From the human T2T-CHM13v2.0 reference genome, Homo sapiens, in NCBI RefSeq assembly GCF_009914755.1, contig NC_060936.1: a DNA stretch of 64,000 nucleotides; one strand, written 5' to 3'. Shown here piece by piece: positions 12,501 to 28,600 of the stretch. A model generated the notes under the pieces. That model made no database searches and was not told the origin of the DNA. It saw only the letters and a program-made list of their open reading frames with translations. A program made the translations under genes and the position numbers. Every line of letters begins with the position of its first letter. The stretch's first letter is position 1.

Positions 12501-15319
12501 GCTTTAGAAGTTATTTGCTTCAAGCATCTCATTTGACAGATGGGAAAACTGAGGCCAGGATGAGTTAAGTAAATTGCTCACAATCACATGGGGTTGCCAG
12601 TGGCAGAGCAAAGGCAAGGACCTAGGTCTCCTGCCTCCCAGTCCAGGGTTCTTCCCTGCACCCCAGGCTGCTCCCCTACAGTTTCACTTTGGCAAGTAAG
12701 GAAAGATTGTTCACGGTTGTCTTCTGTTTGTCCTCTTCAGTTCACTCGAGCAATATGTTTCCTAGCACAGAGAGCTGGCTGATGGTCAGGGCAAAAGCGA
12801 AAGTTCTCCAGAATCATTATTTGAGCTTGTTTCTCTTCAGGCACCAGTCTTAAGAGAAATTTGGTTCCGGGTGATTGAACAGAGCCTTGGAAGCAAGCAT
12901 AAGAAATTACAATACTGCAATGTTTTTAGATTTATTGATTTGGATTTGGAATTGGGAATTTGGGGCTCTTTTCTTTCATTCTGATTTGTCTTGTTATGTT
13001 TCTACCAGCTTTTAAGCCCACAGAGAAGAAAAAGTAATGGCTATTGAATATCTATAAGGAATGAGACACTGAGAGTTTTGATACATATGTCATCTTTATT
13101 ATACACATTTTCCTGGGTAAGTGGACATTTGTAAAAAATATTTCTCAAGTTACGTGTTTCTCTCCACCCTCTACCCCTTTTGATAAAATATTTTATATAA
13201 CATATTTCAAACACTAAGTGTGTAAACTGATTATAAATGCTAAGAATTTTGGAGCGGTCACTGTCTAAACAACCCATTTACCTTGGTGCAAGCAGAACTG
13301 ATGGGGGCAGGGCATCTGGATCTGTGCTCAGCTTCTCAACATTCTGAGTTTCCACTGGACTCAGTGACCTGCATCCCATCCCAGAACCACTTTTAGCAAA
13401 AGCTCTCTTAACAGAGTTAAGGGGACCCTATGTGCCCCATGCTGAATATTGGAACCAGGTAGGAACCTTCTCCAGTCTTCCCAGCTGGACTGCTATATCT
13501 CTGATCCAGAAGAGAGGATGCGCTAGGCTACCAGCTACTAGTTGAGGGAAGTGGATAAATTATATTCTCTTCACTGGCCTTCATTATATCTTTGCCTCTG
13601 TTCCTATGTCTCTGTTATCCTTTCTCCCCAGTCACCATTGATTCTCTAAAAGTCTCTGTTTACCTAATTGCTTCATTACCTAGCACATTAGCTCCTCCAA
13701 TGCTAAAGATAGCACTACGTGATAGATACTATTATCTATTATTTCCATTACGCAGATGATGCAAGTGAGGCTCAGATCAATTTTGGGTGTACAACTGTCG
13801 AGCCAGCATTTCAAACAACATCTGCCAGACCATATCCAAAGCCACAGATGCTGAAATTCACTCATTCACAAATATTACAGAGCACCTACCATCACCAAGT
13901 CTCATGTGAAACTGGAGATAAATGCTGAACAAGACCCAGCCCTCGTGCAGCTTATTCAAAATTCACTCAATAAGTATTGTCTGAGTTACCACCATGTGCC
14001 TGGGCCATAGTCATTTATAATCTGCTAGGAAATGCAAACAAAATTCACATGCAACTAACAGTTCAGTCTGCTAAGTGCTACAATGGGACAGGTGAGAACA
14101 GAGAAAGTGAGTGACAGACACATTTTCCATAACTTGCCTTGTGCTGAGTTTGAAAGACTTGCAATAAGCCTCCCAACCCCACTCTCCTATTCTAATTTTC
14201 CCCTTGCTTAGCAGCTCATCAAAAGCAGGGACCTGCAGGGATTTCAGATATACTAGTCTTTGGCATATGCTTTGCACTACAGAGAAATGTACTGGAGCAG
14301 TGCCTTAGGCCAGAATCAATTTCCTCTCCCCTCCAAGAAGCCAGGCAATGTACTTGCTGCTCCTTAATGGGAGGGTGTGGGCAGAAAGTCTGAGATGGTT
14401 CTAGAGAAGTCCAGAGATGGCTCTGTAGTCAATTACTGATGGTGAGTGAAAAATGAGGTCAGCTCCCTGACAGCAATGCCTGAGAGAGGCAGCGAAATAC
14501 CACAGAACCCCCATTCTCTGTGGGCCCAAGGACACACAGCTAAAAATAGACATACAATATCACTTGGATCTGCCGAGGATTTCACAACTGCTGGCCCAGC
14601 ACAAAATGTGTGGCTTTGGCCAAGTCAAGATGCAATGCAAACCAGCCGAGAAGCGCAGCATGACCAAGATCAACAATCACCAGGACAACAGCCACCCCTC
14701 TGTCCAGAAGGCCTTGACCACGGAAGCACAGTTACCCACTGCCCCAAGTCCTTGTTTGACTTGCTGTGCAACTTACAGAAAGTTTGTCTTGCATGCCAGG
14801 GACTTTCTAAGACACTTCATTTCAGGGACATTGGGGCACGGGTACTTGTGGAAGTTTGCCCCAAGAACTAGAAAATTGGTAAGAAATGTTCATGATTTTA
14901 ATATAAGGGGAAACACAACTGCAAGCGTGGGATGTGGGTGGAATGAGACAAGAAAACATTTGAAAGAAAATAATTACAAACACATGAGAAGGAAAAAGAG
15001 CATGGCCCAGACTAGAAATGTGTAAAAAAATAAAACAAAAATAAGAAAAGATTTGACATTCTATTTGTGGGTTTAAAACCAATTTTAAAGTTGACAGTTC
15101 TACTCTATTGGCAAACATTTATTTCTATAATTTATGGGATATTATTTCCTGAGTGGGTAGCAGGTGCCAGAAGCTGCCCTCAACCCTTCACAAGCATCTT
15201 CCAAACCTAATCCTGACACTAACCCTATGGGGAAGATACTAACACTATTCTCATTTTTCAGACAAGGAAAGCAATTTGGACCCTTCAAAGTTTGAGCAGC
15301 CCTTAGCAAGCATCTTAAC

Positions 15320-15490
15320 CAGTGGTTCCTCACCTGACTTGTGCATCAGATTTATCTAGGAAACCCTAAATACTACAGATTTTGGGACCTACTCTAGACA
15401 CTGAATCAGATGGATGGGAGTACGCCCAGGAATCGGTGTTTACAGAGTTTCCCATATGATTCTCATATACAGCTCTGTTTGGAATCCACT
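15320..15490. mobile_element. MER5A
   Basis: cagtggttcctc...gcatcagattt...ctgaatcaga...tttggaatccact. Confidence 0.7.
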
Positions 15491-16574
15491 TACCAATCCA
15501 ACTGACCTCTTCAGTTTTCCAGACCAAAACACTGAAGCACAGGCAATTCTATTAACGTGCCCAATGTAACCAGCCTATTGGCAGCAGAGCCTGGACTAGA
15601 ACCTGGGGCTTGCTGTGTGGTGCTCTCGCCATCGGATCATGCATCTTCCACTGGAATCCTAAATGGGGTAAAGGTGTGGTTTCTCTCTCTCTCACACTAA
15701 ATTGCTAGACATGGCATCGCATTCACCCAATTCTTGCCCAAACCCTTCAACTCAACTCAGTGCAATTAAACAAATATCTATTGAGCAGCTACTATGAGCT
15801 ACACACGGTGCTTGGTGCTGAGAATCATGGTTTCTTACCCTCATAGAGCTTAAAGTCCAGCAGAAAAGAAGAACATTTTAAAGACTGTAACCAGCTTACT
15901 GAATGAACTGGGATCAGCGAAAGCAATTGTATTTTCTCATCACTGCTCCTTCAAATCTTCTCTCTCTTTCTATTCCCCACATATCTTACATATCTTAGAT
16001 GGATCCTATAGCTATTGTGGTCACTCAGGCATTAAAGAATGCCTCAGTTTTGGATAATGTATAAAGTCTCATTCATTCTAATGGTAAGGCTGCAATCTCA
16101 ACCAATTAAAACGTCTTCCCCACTTTTTAGCTTGGGACTGGCTCTTGCTCAGAAGCTGCAGGGGAGAAGGGGATTGCGTGGGTTTCTTTACCGGTTCTTA
16201 TCCTCCTCCCTCATTTACTGTGTTTCTTTAGGCTCCTCTGGGCCCAGGGCAAGAGGCCCAAGGAGCAGAAAGGAGTGATTGGAGAGGTAAAGAAGGTGAG
16301 AAGTCATACAGAGCCAGGGCCATCTGTACTCACTGAATGTCCCCAGTCATGGAAGTTGTCAATGTGCTGGTTCTCTCTCCCATGAAGGCTTCCTCTCCAC
16401 TCCCTTCTGCCATTGATGAAATTGGCCACCTGCGATTCCCTGACATAGGCCATGCCTCCTCCAGCTGACCTAGCCCCTCCCTTCCAGCATTCTATCCTAC
16501 ACTTGATCTCAGCCAGAAGGCCAGGAAGAGACCCAGCAGTCTGTCCTAGACACTGTTGGGGTCACCTTGCCCCT

Positions 16575-16830
16575 CAACGAAGATTCCCTCCTTGGCCAAA
16601 CTTTAACCAAGCTCCTCTGAATCCTCTCTTCAATTAGACCTCAGCCTTGGCCCATTGAACTACAGATTCTCAGCTCAAATGATTTTGGACACCCCTCTTT
16701 CCCCCCACCCACATTAAAAGGCTTAAACACCAACATAGTTTCTAACAGCTCAAGGCTGAGTCCCTAGGATGATCTTAGCCCCCCATAAAGTGTCTGCCTG
16801 AGAAAGCGCAAGGCTGCCAGGAGAATTTTC
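16575..16830 (+). mobile_element. ERV1 LTR fragment (MER67/MER31-like)
   Basis: ccttggccaaactttaaccaagctcctctgaatcc...aacatagtttctaacagctcaaggc...ccctaggatga. Confidence 0.55.
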
Positions 16831-16993
16831 AGTCTCTCTCCTTCAGATCCTTCAGGCATGAGTCCTGCACCAGTCACTAAGCACTTCAGTGCCAGGCATT
16901 TTTCCAAATGATTCTCAGAAGCCTTCCTCATCTGGCTTGGAGGAAGGGCAGAGAAATACACCCCTCTCTTCCCCCATGAGGTGGGAAAGGGAA

Positions 16994-17056
16994 ACACACA
17001 CACACACACAAACGCACACACAAACACACACGCACACACAAACACGCACGCACACA
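16994..17056. repeat. Imperfect (CA)n microsatellite
   Basis: acacacacacacacacaaacgcacacacaaacacacacgcac... Confidence 0.9.
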
Positions 17057-17583
17057 ATGCTGCGACAACTTTCACAGCAGAACTACTCACCTGCTCTCCG
17101 CTCTCTCTCAATCTGTCCCCTGGCCTCTCCCATTAATATCCTCCATGTGGATGACAACCTAAAAACTTTTTAAAACAAGAACTGATTTCACAATCTCTTA
17201 GCATGTACTGCACAGATGGTCCCAACCCTTGGATACTTTGCCAAAACACCAAAAGTCAAATTTAACATCCCGTTACATAAGAAATTACAAATTCAGGGTG
17301 GCAAGAGAATGTACAACAAGGACATTTGGGGCCAGCCCATAGTTTATAGGATTCATCCCTCACATTCCTCTGGTAAGGAACCAAGACACTCCTTGTTTAG
17401 GCCGCCATAGAAACTGGATTTCCAGAGGGCGAATGAGAGAAATGACTGGTTTAGATATCCTGTCTTTTCTAACTATTAAAATATTGTCCAGACTTCTATA
17501 TCCAATTCAAAAAGCTATCATTTCCATCAATTCCATTCCAAAGACATGAAATATCTTATGAGTACCTTCTATGTGCTAAAGAG

Positions 17584-18165
17584 TGTATCGTAGTAACCAG
17601 CCTCCACGATAGTCCCCGATGATCCTCACCTTCTGAGATTCACTCCTTTGTGTAGTCCCCTTCCACATTGAATAGGGCTGATGTGTATTACCAAAAGAAT
17701 GTTCTGGAATTGATGGTGTATGTCTTTGCATGAGGGACCACAGACCTAGGAAATGAGCCATCTTAAGGGAGCAAAGATTCTTAGCCTGGTGTGGCAGATT
17801 AAAGATGACTATAAATTCAATATCCCATCCATTGAGAGGTGGGATCTATTTCATTTCCCCTGAATCTGAGCTGGCCTGTGACTGCCATGACAAATAGAGT
17901 ATGATAGAAGTGACGCTATGCCAATTCTGGGTCTAGTCTTTTAAGAGGATTTATAGCATCTTCTTTGGTCTGTTGGAGGGTCCAGATCAGACCACCTATC
18001 AAACAAATGCCACTAAGCAATTCCAGGCAACACCATGTACAACAGCAGAATTGTCCAGCCGAGCCCTGCCCAAATTCCTGTGCACAAATTTGTGAGATAG
18101 AATAAAATGCTGTTGTTTTAAGCCATTAAGTGTTGGGGTCATTTATTATGCTTCATAAGATATAT
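17584..18165 (+). mobile_element. MLT1F/G/H-type MaLR LTR fragments (two pieces)
   Basis: ccccgatgatcctcacctt...; tgtggcagattaaagatg...aataaaatgctgttgttttaagccattaagt. Confidence 0.65.
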
Positions 18166-18199
18166 CCGGAATATCTGGAGTCCACATATTACAAAGTGC

Positions 18200-18355
18200 T
18201 GATGGATAGAATTCAGGAAGCCCATAAATTTAGAGAGGAAAAAATTACATCTTTATTTTCACTACTCTATAACCAAAATATGGCTTTGTTTTTTTCATTT
18301 AGAATCTAGGCAGCAAACCACAGTAGTATTAGTGGCATCTGTGACTTTGACAATG
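18200..18355 (+). mobile_element. hAT-Charlie fossil (Charlie4-like)
   Basis: atggatagaattcagg...aaaaaattacatctttattttcacta...ggcagcaaaccacagtagtattag. Confidence 0.6.
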
Positions 18356-18831
18356 CGAAGAGATTTTTACAGGCTTTTCCAAACTGCCAAATGTATTCAT
18401 TGTTACATGTATATATACACATTCACACAGGTACACACACATTTACACACACACACACAGCTTAAGAGCACTGGAAGAGAGAGTGAAAGCCCATAAGGTC
18501 CAGGGAAACGGGTCAGTGTAACAGAGGAGCAGGATGATTCTGAGCATGGAATTCTGTTCCCAAACTGTCTGACCAGAGAGCCCAAAGTGGCATTGACACA
18601 ACTGAAACAACTCAGCAGGAGCCACAGAGAAGGGGAGAATGGGGCGAACATCTCCAGGCAGCTGACAGGACTCTATGCACACAGGCTTGAGAAACGGTTG
18701 GGGATAACTGTGAACTGGTCTGTAGAGCCCCAAAAACAAAAAGAATGGTAAGATATTCTTTTCTGACAGTTCAGTGACACCATTTTTCTCCCAAGTTGAG
18801 ATGGCTTGGAAAACATGAATTGTTTGTATGA

Positions 18832-19440
<609 letters not shown>

Positions 19441-19539
19441 ACCTTTCCTTGTTCCATCAGAAGACTGTATTGTTCTCTATGTTTCCATGATGCTTCATGC
19501 ATTATAGATTTTATCATATTGTGAAATTTGGCCTATTTG

Positions 19540-19790
19540 TCTATCTGACTAGATTACTCATAGTATTATTAATAATAATAACCAGCTATCATTTATTGAA
19601 CATTTACTAATACTATTCCAAAGACAATAGCTCCATAAGATAGGTACTACTATTATCTCTGTTTTACAGATATGGAAACTAAAACTCCAAGAGTTGGATT
19701 AACTTGCCCAAGGTCACCCAGCTACTAGTGGGCAGATCTGGGATTTGAACCCACATCTGACTCTCGGGCTCACGTTCTTAACCACTAGAT
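19540..19790 (-). mobile_element. MIR
   Basis: ttttacagatatggaaact...aacttgcccaaggtcacccagct...gggatttgaaccca. Confidence 0.8.
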
Positions 19791-21421
19791 TATAAGGCAG
19801 AGATTATACCATATCATTCTCTGCTTTCTCTGCACCCAGCACAGGGTCTAGCCTTCAGTATGTGCTAAGTAAATAATTGCTGGATGAATGATGGAATAAA
19901 GGCATCATCTCCATGTCTGCTGCTGCATCCCTAGCTCCAGATCCAGTGCCTGGTACAGGGAGAGATGTTCAATAATAATTTGTCAATTGACTGACTGAAT
20001 TAAATAATCAATTTATTTTCAGCTCTAACACCCTGCAAAGATGGGGCAAGAATACAAAAATGAAATCATCTTCCCCAGGTAAGAGTTATTACAACTTATT
20101 GATTCTGAAGACTCTATTCTTTTCTGGGGCCATCACCACCAAGAACCATTTTTTAAAGGATAACAGACCCCAAGTCCCACAGAGTTCTTGGACTGACTCC
20201 TCAAGTTTCATGGGGAGTCCAGTGAATGAATTAAAAAGAGACTGAGTGGGTAGTGTGTGAGGTTAACTCTAGTTATTTTCCAAGCCAGACCCAGAGGCCT
20301 GGTCTCGAAGCAAGCCAAAATTCATAAAAAGCAGAGTTAGCACTCTCGAGCCACTACTTCAGTAAAACAATAATAATGAGTTGAAAGAATAACTGCTTCT
20401 AGGCCATTATTTATGAACCCCTGGGCCAACCAGGCGGCTTCAGTGTAAAGCCTTCTAGGTGTCACATGTGACAGGAAAAGATGAGGTGTGGAAACAGATA
20501 GAAAAAGAGTGCTCTTTGGCTGTCTTGGTGTGACCTTTCATGGTTTTGCTGGAGGTCTGGTCCCAGTCAGATGCACATGGAAGCCACTTTTCCTAACCTG
20601 GTTTTAATCAACAACTGAGGTCTCAGGAGTGCCTTTTTACCTGCCAGGTGCATGGCTAAAGTGGGCACATAGAGAGGGAAGGAGAGGCCCAGAGGAAAAA
20701 GAATGCTGGTGTAGGCAATTTGGGTTTATTTTGAAATAAAACAACATCAGCCATGAAGTTAAATTAAATAATAGTCATAAAAGGGCCAGCCCAAGACTTG
20801 GCACAAGATTAAATGCTCAGGAGGTGTGAGTTCCCCTTCCTTCTGCAAATTATAGCTACAGTAATCGAGACCTTCACTTTGGCAATGCCTGTTCCCCGAA
20901 CATGCTTAATACACTGTTAAACGGAGAGTATAAGATTTCCAACTGCTGCACTTAGTGTCTCAGCCAGGGCTAATATTCAACCGGTTTGCCCAAAAGGCTG
21001 TACCAGTTGTTTACAATGAGCATCCATCCCAACTGGATCATGCCTGTACCTTCTAGTTATGAAATACTTTGAATATCACATCTGGTTCCAAGTATTCATT
21101 TATTTAATACATATATATTGACTGCCTCCTCTACGCCAGATGCTGGTCAAACAGCAGGGAAAGACTGGATGGAAAAAAAAAAAAAAACCACCTTGAAAAT
21201 GTCTTCTCTTCATAGAGCTTACATTCCAATGGAAAAGACAAGCAGAATAGAGTACAATACATGGTAGCTTCAATGGCGATAAGTGCTATGGAGAAAAATA
21301 AGGTAGGAAAAGGCATAGTAAGTACAGGAATGCACTTTTTAAACTTTTCATTGAAGTATCTACATGTAAGGAAAAGTGATCAAACCATAAGTGTAACAGA
21401 TTTTCTCAAAGTGAACATACC

Positions 21422-23025
<1,604 letters not shown>

Positions 23026-23119
23026 CCATGTAACCAGCACCCATTTCAAGGCACTCAGCACAACCAGCACCTATGAGGTTCCATTTTTCAACAGAGTATC
23101 AGAACAAACTCTCCTGTGA

Positions 23120-23480
23120 TGTGGGAACTGTCACTGGGGTTGTTGCCCAAATATTTCCAGCTCGCTGCCTCCTGTTCTTAAGGTAGGATTGCACTTCTCT
23201 GCTGCCTACCAGGTGCAGCCACTGACATGCTCTGGCCTATATAAGCACAAGTGATGAGTATCACTTCTCCATGGTCCCTATTATGCTGTGGTGATTGTGG
23301 AATCTGTGATGCAATGGAGCTTCCATCAGCTTCAGTCCCAAGTGACTCTGTGGAGCAGAGCAGCCCTGCATACCACAAAGGGCATGCAGCATGAAGACAA
23401 ATACATCTTTTGTAGTTAAGCCAATGAAATTAAGGGCTTGTTACTTCAGCATAACACAACCCAACCCAACCTGATGATAA
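23120..23480 (+). mobile_element. MLT1I/J-like LTR
   Basis: taggattgcacttc...ggagcagagcagccctgc...agttaagccaatgaaatt...gttacttcagcataac. Confidence 0.55.
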
Positions 23481-23618
23481 TCAAGGTGACAGCTCGGTAA
23501 AGATCTGAAGAGATAAAAGAGTGAATCTTCTGGAAACCTAGGGGAAGAACGACCCAGAGACAGCAAACACAAAGGTCCTAAAACAGGAATGTGTATGGTG
23601 TATTTGAGAAGCAGCATT

Positions 23619-23983
23619 TGCTGTGATCTGAATGTTTGTGTCCCTCCCAAAATTCACATGTTGAAATCCTAACCACCAAAACGTGATGGTATTAGGAGGC
23701 AGGGCCTCTGGGAGGTGATTAAGTTATGAGGTCAGAGTCTTCATGAATGGGATCCGTGTCTTATAAAATAGACCCAAGGGAATGTTTTGGCCCTTTCTAC
23801 CAGGTGAAGACATAGAGAGAAGACATCATCTATGAACAGGAATGTGGGCAATCATCAGACACTGGATCAGCCAGCACCTTGATCTTGGACTTCCCAGCCT
23901 CTAGAACTGTGAGAAATAAATTTCTGTTGTTTATCAGCTTCCCAGTCTATGGTATTCTGTTACAGCAGCCTGAATGGACTCAA
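23619..23983 (+). mobile_element. MLT1A/MSTD-like LTR
   Basis: tgctgtgatctgaatgtttgtgtccctcccaaaattcacatgttgaaatcc...gaactgtgagaaataaatttctgttg. Confidence 0.8.
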
Positions 23984-23984
23984 T

Positions 23985-24425
23985 GTCTTAAGCTAGAATC
24001 CTCCAGAAGTAGACCCCAAGACAAGAATTTGAATATAAGTGGCTTATTTTGGTAGGTGATCCCAGATACACTGAGAAGAGAGTGAGAAAGTGAGAATGGA
24101 AAGGGAGGAAACTGCTATAGGAAGGGTTCTGCAATGACCAGGTTACTACTATGGGCAACTGAAGCTCAGTGTCCTGAGGACATCAGAGAGATGGCACAGA
24201 ATATGCTTCAGAGTTGTCCCCTGGGGTCTGAGGAGGCTGAGGCTTTATCCTTCAGCATTGGCTATTGGCTGAGGCTGCTCCCAAGTGTTAATATCCAGGC
24301 ACTTCAGACCTGCCCTTGGGCAGCCAAGAACAGGCCAGCAGGCAGCACTCCAGGTGCCTGTCCCTGCCACAGGGCGCCTCAGGCATGAAGCGGGAAGGGC
24401 AGGGCACTGGCAGCATCTGCTGCCA
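23985..24425. mobile_element. LTR33-like ERVL LTR
   Basis: ccagaagtagaccccaagacaagaatttga...ttattttggtaggtgatcccag. Confidence 0.5.
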
Positions 24426-25605
24426 TCTTCAGGCTAAACAAATGATTCAAGTTCTTACCCGTTATCTGGACTATGTAACACCCTCCTACCTATTACCCCT
24501 GCCTCCAGCCTTCCCCTGATCTAATCTATTCCTCATACTCAATCAAAATGATCCATAAATCATATGAATCTGACAATGACACACCCCCACTCAAAATCCT
24601 TTGGCAGCTTTCAATCTGTCAGGATAAACTCCAAGCTCTTTGGGTTGGCCCTCAAGACCCTGTGGGAGCTGGCCCTGCCCATCTCAACAGCTCAGCTCCA
24701 CTCTGCATGTAGGCACTGATCCTGCAGCCACACCAGATGGCTGACCACCCTTGCTGCCCATTGTTCTCTCAAAACTCCATGGCTTTGTAAAGGCTGTTTC
24801 CTCCACCAAGAGTCCTAGAATATTGTCCCTCCATCTTTGTTTACCTAGTCAACTCATTCATTCAACAAATGTGTTCAAGGCATACCATGCTCCAGGCTCT
24901 GGGAGACACAGCTGTAAATAATCAAACCTGGCCCTCCCGCATTCAATGAGGCTTAAAGGGGGTGCAGGGTAGAGACAAATAATTTTAAAAAAGTAAATGA
25001 ATAAGAAAATCAAATAGTAGTAAATTCAGGGAAACAAAAAATAACAGCGCTATATGACAGAGAGTGGAAAGCAATTGGGTATTCAGGGAGGGTCTCCTGA
25101 GGAGGTGACTGGCCTGAATGGCAAGAGGTTACCAGCCATGCAAGAACCAGGACAGAGCAGGTAAGAAATGCAAAGGCCCTAAGCTAGGAAGGAATTTGGA
25201 GTGTTGGCATAACAGAAAGACCACTGTGGCAGGGGCATAGCAAGTTGAAGGAGAGAGGCAGGAGATGTGCTTACAAGGCAGGATCAGGGAATCATGGAGG
25301 GCTTTGCTGGCCACAGAGCACTGGACTTTGTCCTACTATCTTCAATTCACATGATACCTCCATGTGTGTCCTTCTCTATCCTCCAGAGGGTGTTGAGGAA
25401 TGGAGGGGCCACTTCTCCTAGCATCCTTTACATGCACCACCTTTATGGTTGAGACCCTTAACACAAAGGTCCCAAAAATTGATTTGCTTCAGGCATCTGT
25501 TCTTGGCCTTGCTTCTGCCTGGCTGTGTGACATTGGATAAATTATTCAACCTCTCTGTGCCTAGAAATTCTCCATACATTTCTGTTCCATCCTCTGAATG
25601 TTATT

Positions 25606-28600
25606 TTTTTCTTTTTTTATTATACTTTTAAGTTCTGGGTTACATGTGCAGAACGTGCAGTTTTGTTACACAGGTATACACATGCCATGGTGGTTTGCTG
25701 CACCCATCAACCCGTCAACTACATTAGGTATTTCTCCTAATGTTATTCCTCCCCTAACCCCCACCCCGACAGGCCCCAATGTGTGATGTTCCCCTCCCTG
25801 TGTCCATGTGTTCTCACTGTTCAACTCCCACTTATGAGTGAGAACATGTGGTGTTTGGTTTTCTGATCGTTTGCTGAGAATGATGATTTCCAGTTTCATC
25901 CATGTCCCTGCAAAGGATATGAACTCATCCTTTTTTGTGGCTGCATAGTATTCCATGGTGTATATGTGCCACATTTTCTTAATCCAGTCTATCATTGATG
26001 GATATTTGGGTTGGTTCCAAGTCTTTGCTATTGTGAATAGTGCTGCAAGAAACATACGTGTATGTGTCTTTATCGCAGAATGATTTATAATCCTTTGGGT
26101 AAATGCCCAGTAATGGGATTGCTGGGTCAAATGATATTTCTAGTTCTAGATCCTTGAGGAATCACCACACTGTCTTCCACAATGGTTGAATGAATTTACA
26201 CTCCTATCAACAATGTAAAAGCCATTCCTATTTTTCCACAGCCTCTCCAGCATCTCGTTTCCTGACTTTTTAATGATTGCCATTCTAACTAGTGTGAGAT
26301 GCTACCTCATTGTGGTTTTGATTTGCATTTCTCTAATGACCAGTGATGATGAGCGTTTTTTCATGTGTCTGTAGGCTGCCTAAATGTCTTCTTTTGAGAA
26401 GTGTCTGTTCATATCCTTTGCCCATTTTTTGATGGGGTTGTTTTTTCTTGTAAATTTATTTAACTTCTTTGTAGATTCTGCATATTAACCCTTTGTCAGA
26501 TGGATAGATTGCAAAAATTTTCTCCATTCTGTAGGCTGCCTGTTCACTCTGATCATAATTTCTTTTGCTGTGCAGAAGCTCTTTAGTTTCATTAGATCCC
26601 ATTTGTCAATTTTGGCTTTTGTTGCAATTGCTTTTGGTGTTTTAGACATGAAGTCTTTGCCCATGCCTATGTCCTGAATGGTATTGCCCAGGTTTTCTTC
26701 CAGGATTTTTATGGTCCTACGTTTAAGTCTTTGATCCATCTTGAGTTGATCTTTGTATAAGGTGTAAGGAAGAGGTCCAGTTTCAGTTTTCTGCATATGG
26801 CTAGCCAGTTTCCCCAACACCATTTATTAAATAGGGAATCTTTTCCCCATTGCTTGTGTGTGTCAGGTTTGTCAAAGATCAGGTGGTGGTAGATGTGTGG
26901 TGTTATTTCTGAGGCCTCTGTTCTGTTCCATTGGTCTATACATCTGTTTTGGTACTAGTGCCATGCTGTTTTGGTTACTATAGCCTTGTAGTATAGCTTG
27001 AAGTCAGGTAGTGTGATGCCTCCAGCTTTATTCTTCTTGCCCAGGATTGTCTTGGCTATGCAGGCTCTTCTTTGGTTCCATATGAACTTTAGTTTTTTCC
27101 AATTCTGTGAAGAAAGTCAGTGGTAGCTTGATGGGGATAGCATTGAATCTATCAATTACTTTGGGCAGTATGGCCATTTTCATGATATTGATTCTTCCTA
27201 TCCATGAGCATGGAATGTTCTTCCATTTGTTTGTGTCCTCTCTTATTTCCTTGAGCAGTGGTTTGCAGTTCTCCTTGAAAAGGGCCTTCACATCCCTTGA
27301 AAGTTGTATTCCTAGGTATTTTATTCTCTTAGTAGCAATTATGAATGGGAGTTCACTCATGATTTGGCTCTCTGCTTGTCTGTTATTTGTGTGTAGGAAT
27401 GCTTGTGATTTTTGCACATTGATTTTGTATCCTGAGACTTTCTGAAGTTGCTTATCAGCTTAAGGAGCTTTTGGGCTGAGACAATGGGGTTTTCTAAATA
27501 TACAATCATGTCATCTGCAAACAGAGACAATTTGACTTCCTCTCTTCCTATATGAATACCCATTATTGCTTTCTCTTGCCTGATTGCCCTGGCCAGAACT
27601 TCCAATACTATGTTGAATAGGAGTGGTGAGAGAGGGCATCCTTGTCTTGTGCTAATTTTCAAAGGGAATGCTTCTAGTTTTTGCCCATTCAGTATGATAT
27701 TGGCTGTGGGTTTGTCATAAATAGCTCTTATTATTTTGAGATACATTCCATCAATACCTAGTTTATTGAGAATTTTTAGCATGATGGGGTGTTGAATTTT
27801 TCAAAGGCCTTTTCTGGATCTATTGAGATAATCATGTGGTTTTTGTCATTGGTTCTGTTTATGTGATGGATTACGTTTATTGATTTGCATATGTTGAACC
27901 AGCCTTGCATCACAAGTATGAAGCCAACTTGATCACGGTGGATAAGATTTTTGATGTGCTGCTGGATTCGGTTTGCCAGTATTTTATTGAGGATTTTTGC
28001 ATCAATATTCATCAGGGATATTGGCCTGAAATTTTCTTTTTTTGTTTTGCCTCTGCCAGGCTTTGGTATCAGGATGATGCTGGCCTCATAAAATGAGTTA
28101 GGGAGGATTCCCTCTTTTTCTATTGTTTGCAATAGTTTCAGAAAGAATGGTATCAACGCCTCTTTGTACCTCTGGTAGAATTCAGCTGTGAATCCGTCTG
28201 GTCCTGGACTTTTTTTTGGTTGATAGGCTATTAATTACTGCCTCAATTTCAGAACTTGTTATTGGTTTATTCAGGGATTCGATTTCTTCCTGGCTTAGAC
28301 TTGGGAGGGTGTATGTGTCCAGGAATTTATCCATTTCTCTAGATTTTCTAGTTTATTTGCATAGAGGTGTTTATAGTATTCTCTGATGGTAGTTTGTATT
28401 TCTGTGGGATCAGTGATGATATCCCCTACATCATTTTTTATTGCATCTAATTGATTCTTCTCTTTTCTTCTTTATTAGCCTGGCTAGTGGTCTATCCGTT
28501 AATCTTTTCAAACAACCACCTCCTGGATGCATTGATTTTTTTTGAAGGGTTTTTTGTGTCTCTGTCTCCTTCAGTTCTGCTCTGATCTTAGTTATTTCAT

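Noticed and set aside
14446-15118. Overlapping 141-153 aa ORFs as a possible processed pseudogene
   Set aside because: No recognisable protein homology, poly(A) tail or TSD
10517-18355. Similarity between ~10550-10690 and ~18200-18350
   Set aside because: Explained by two independent copies of the same hAT-Charlie family, not a local duplication
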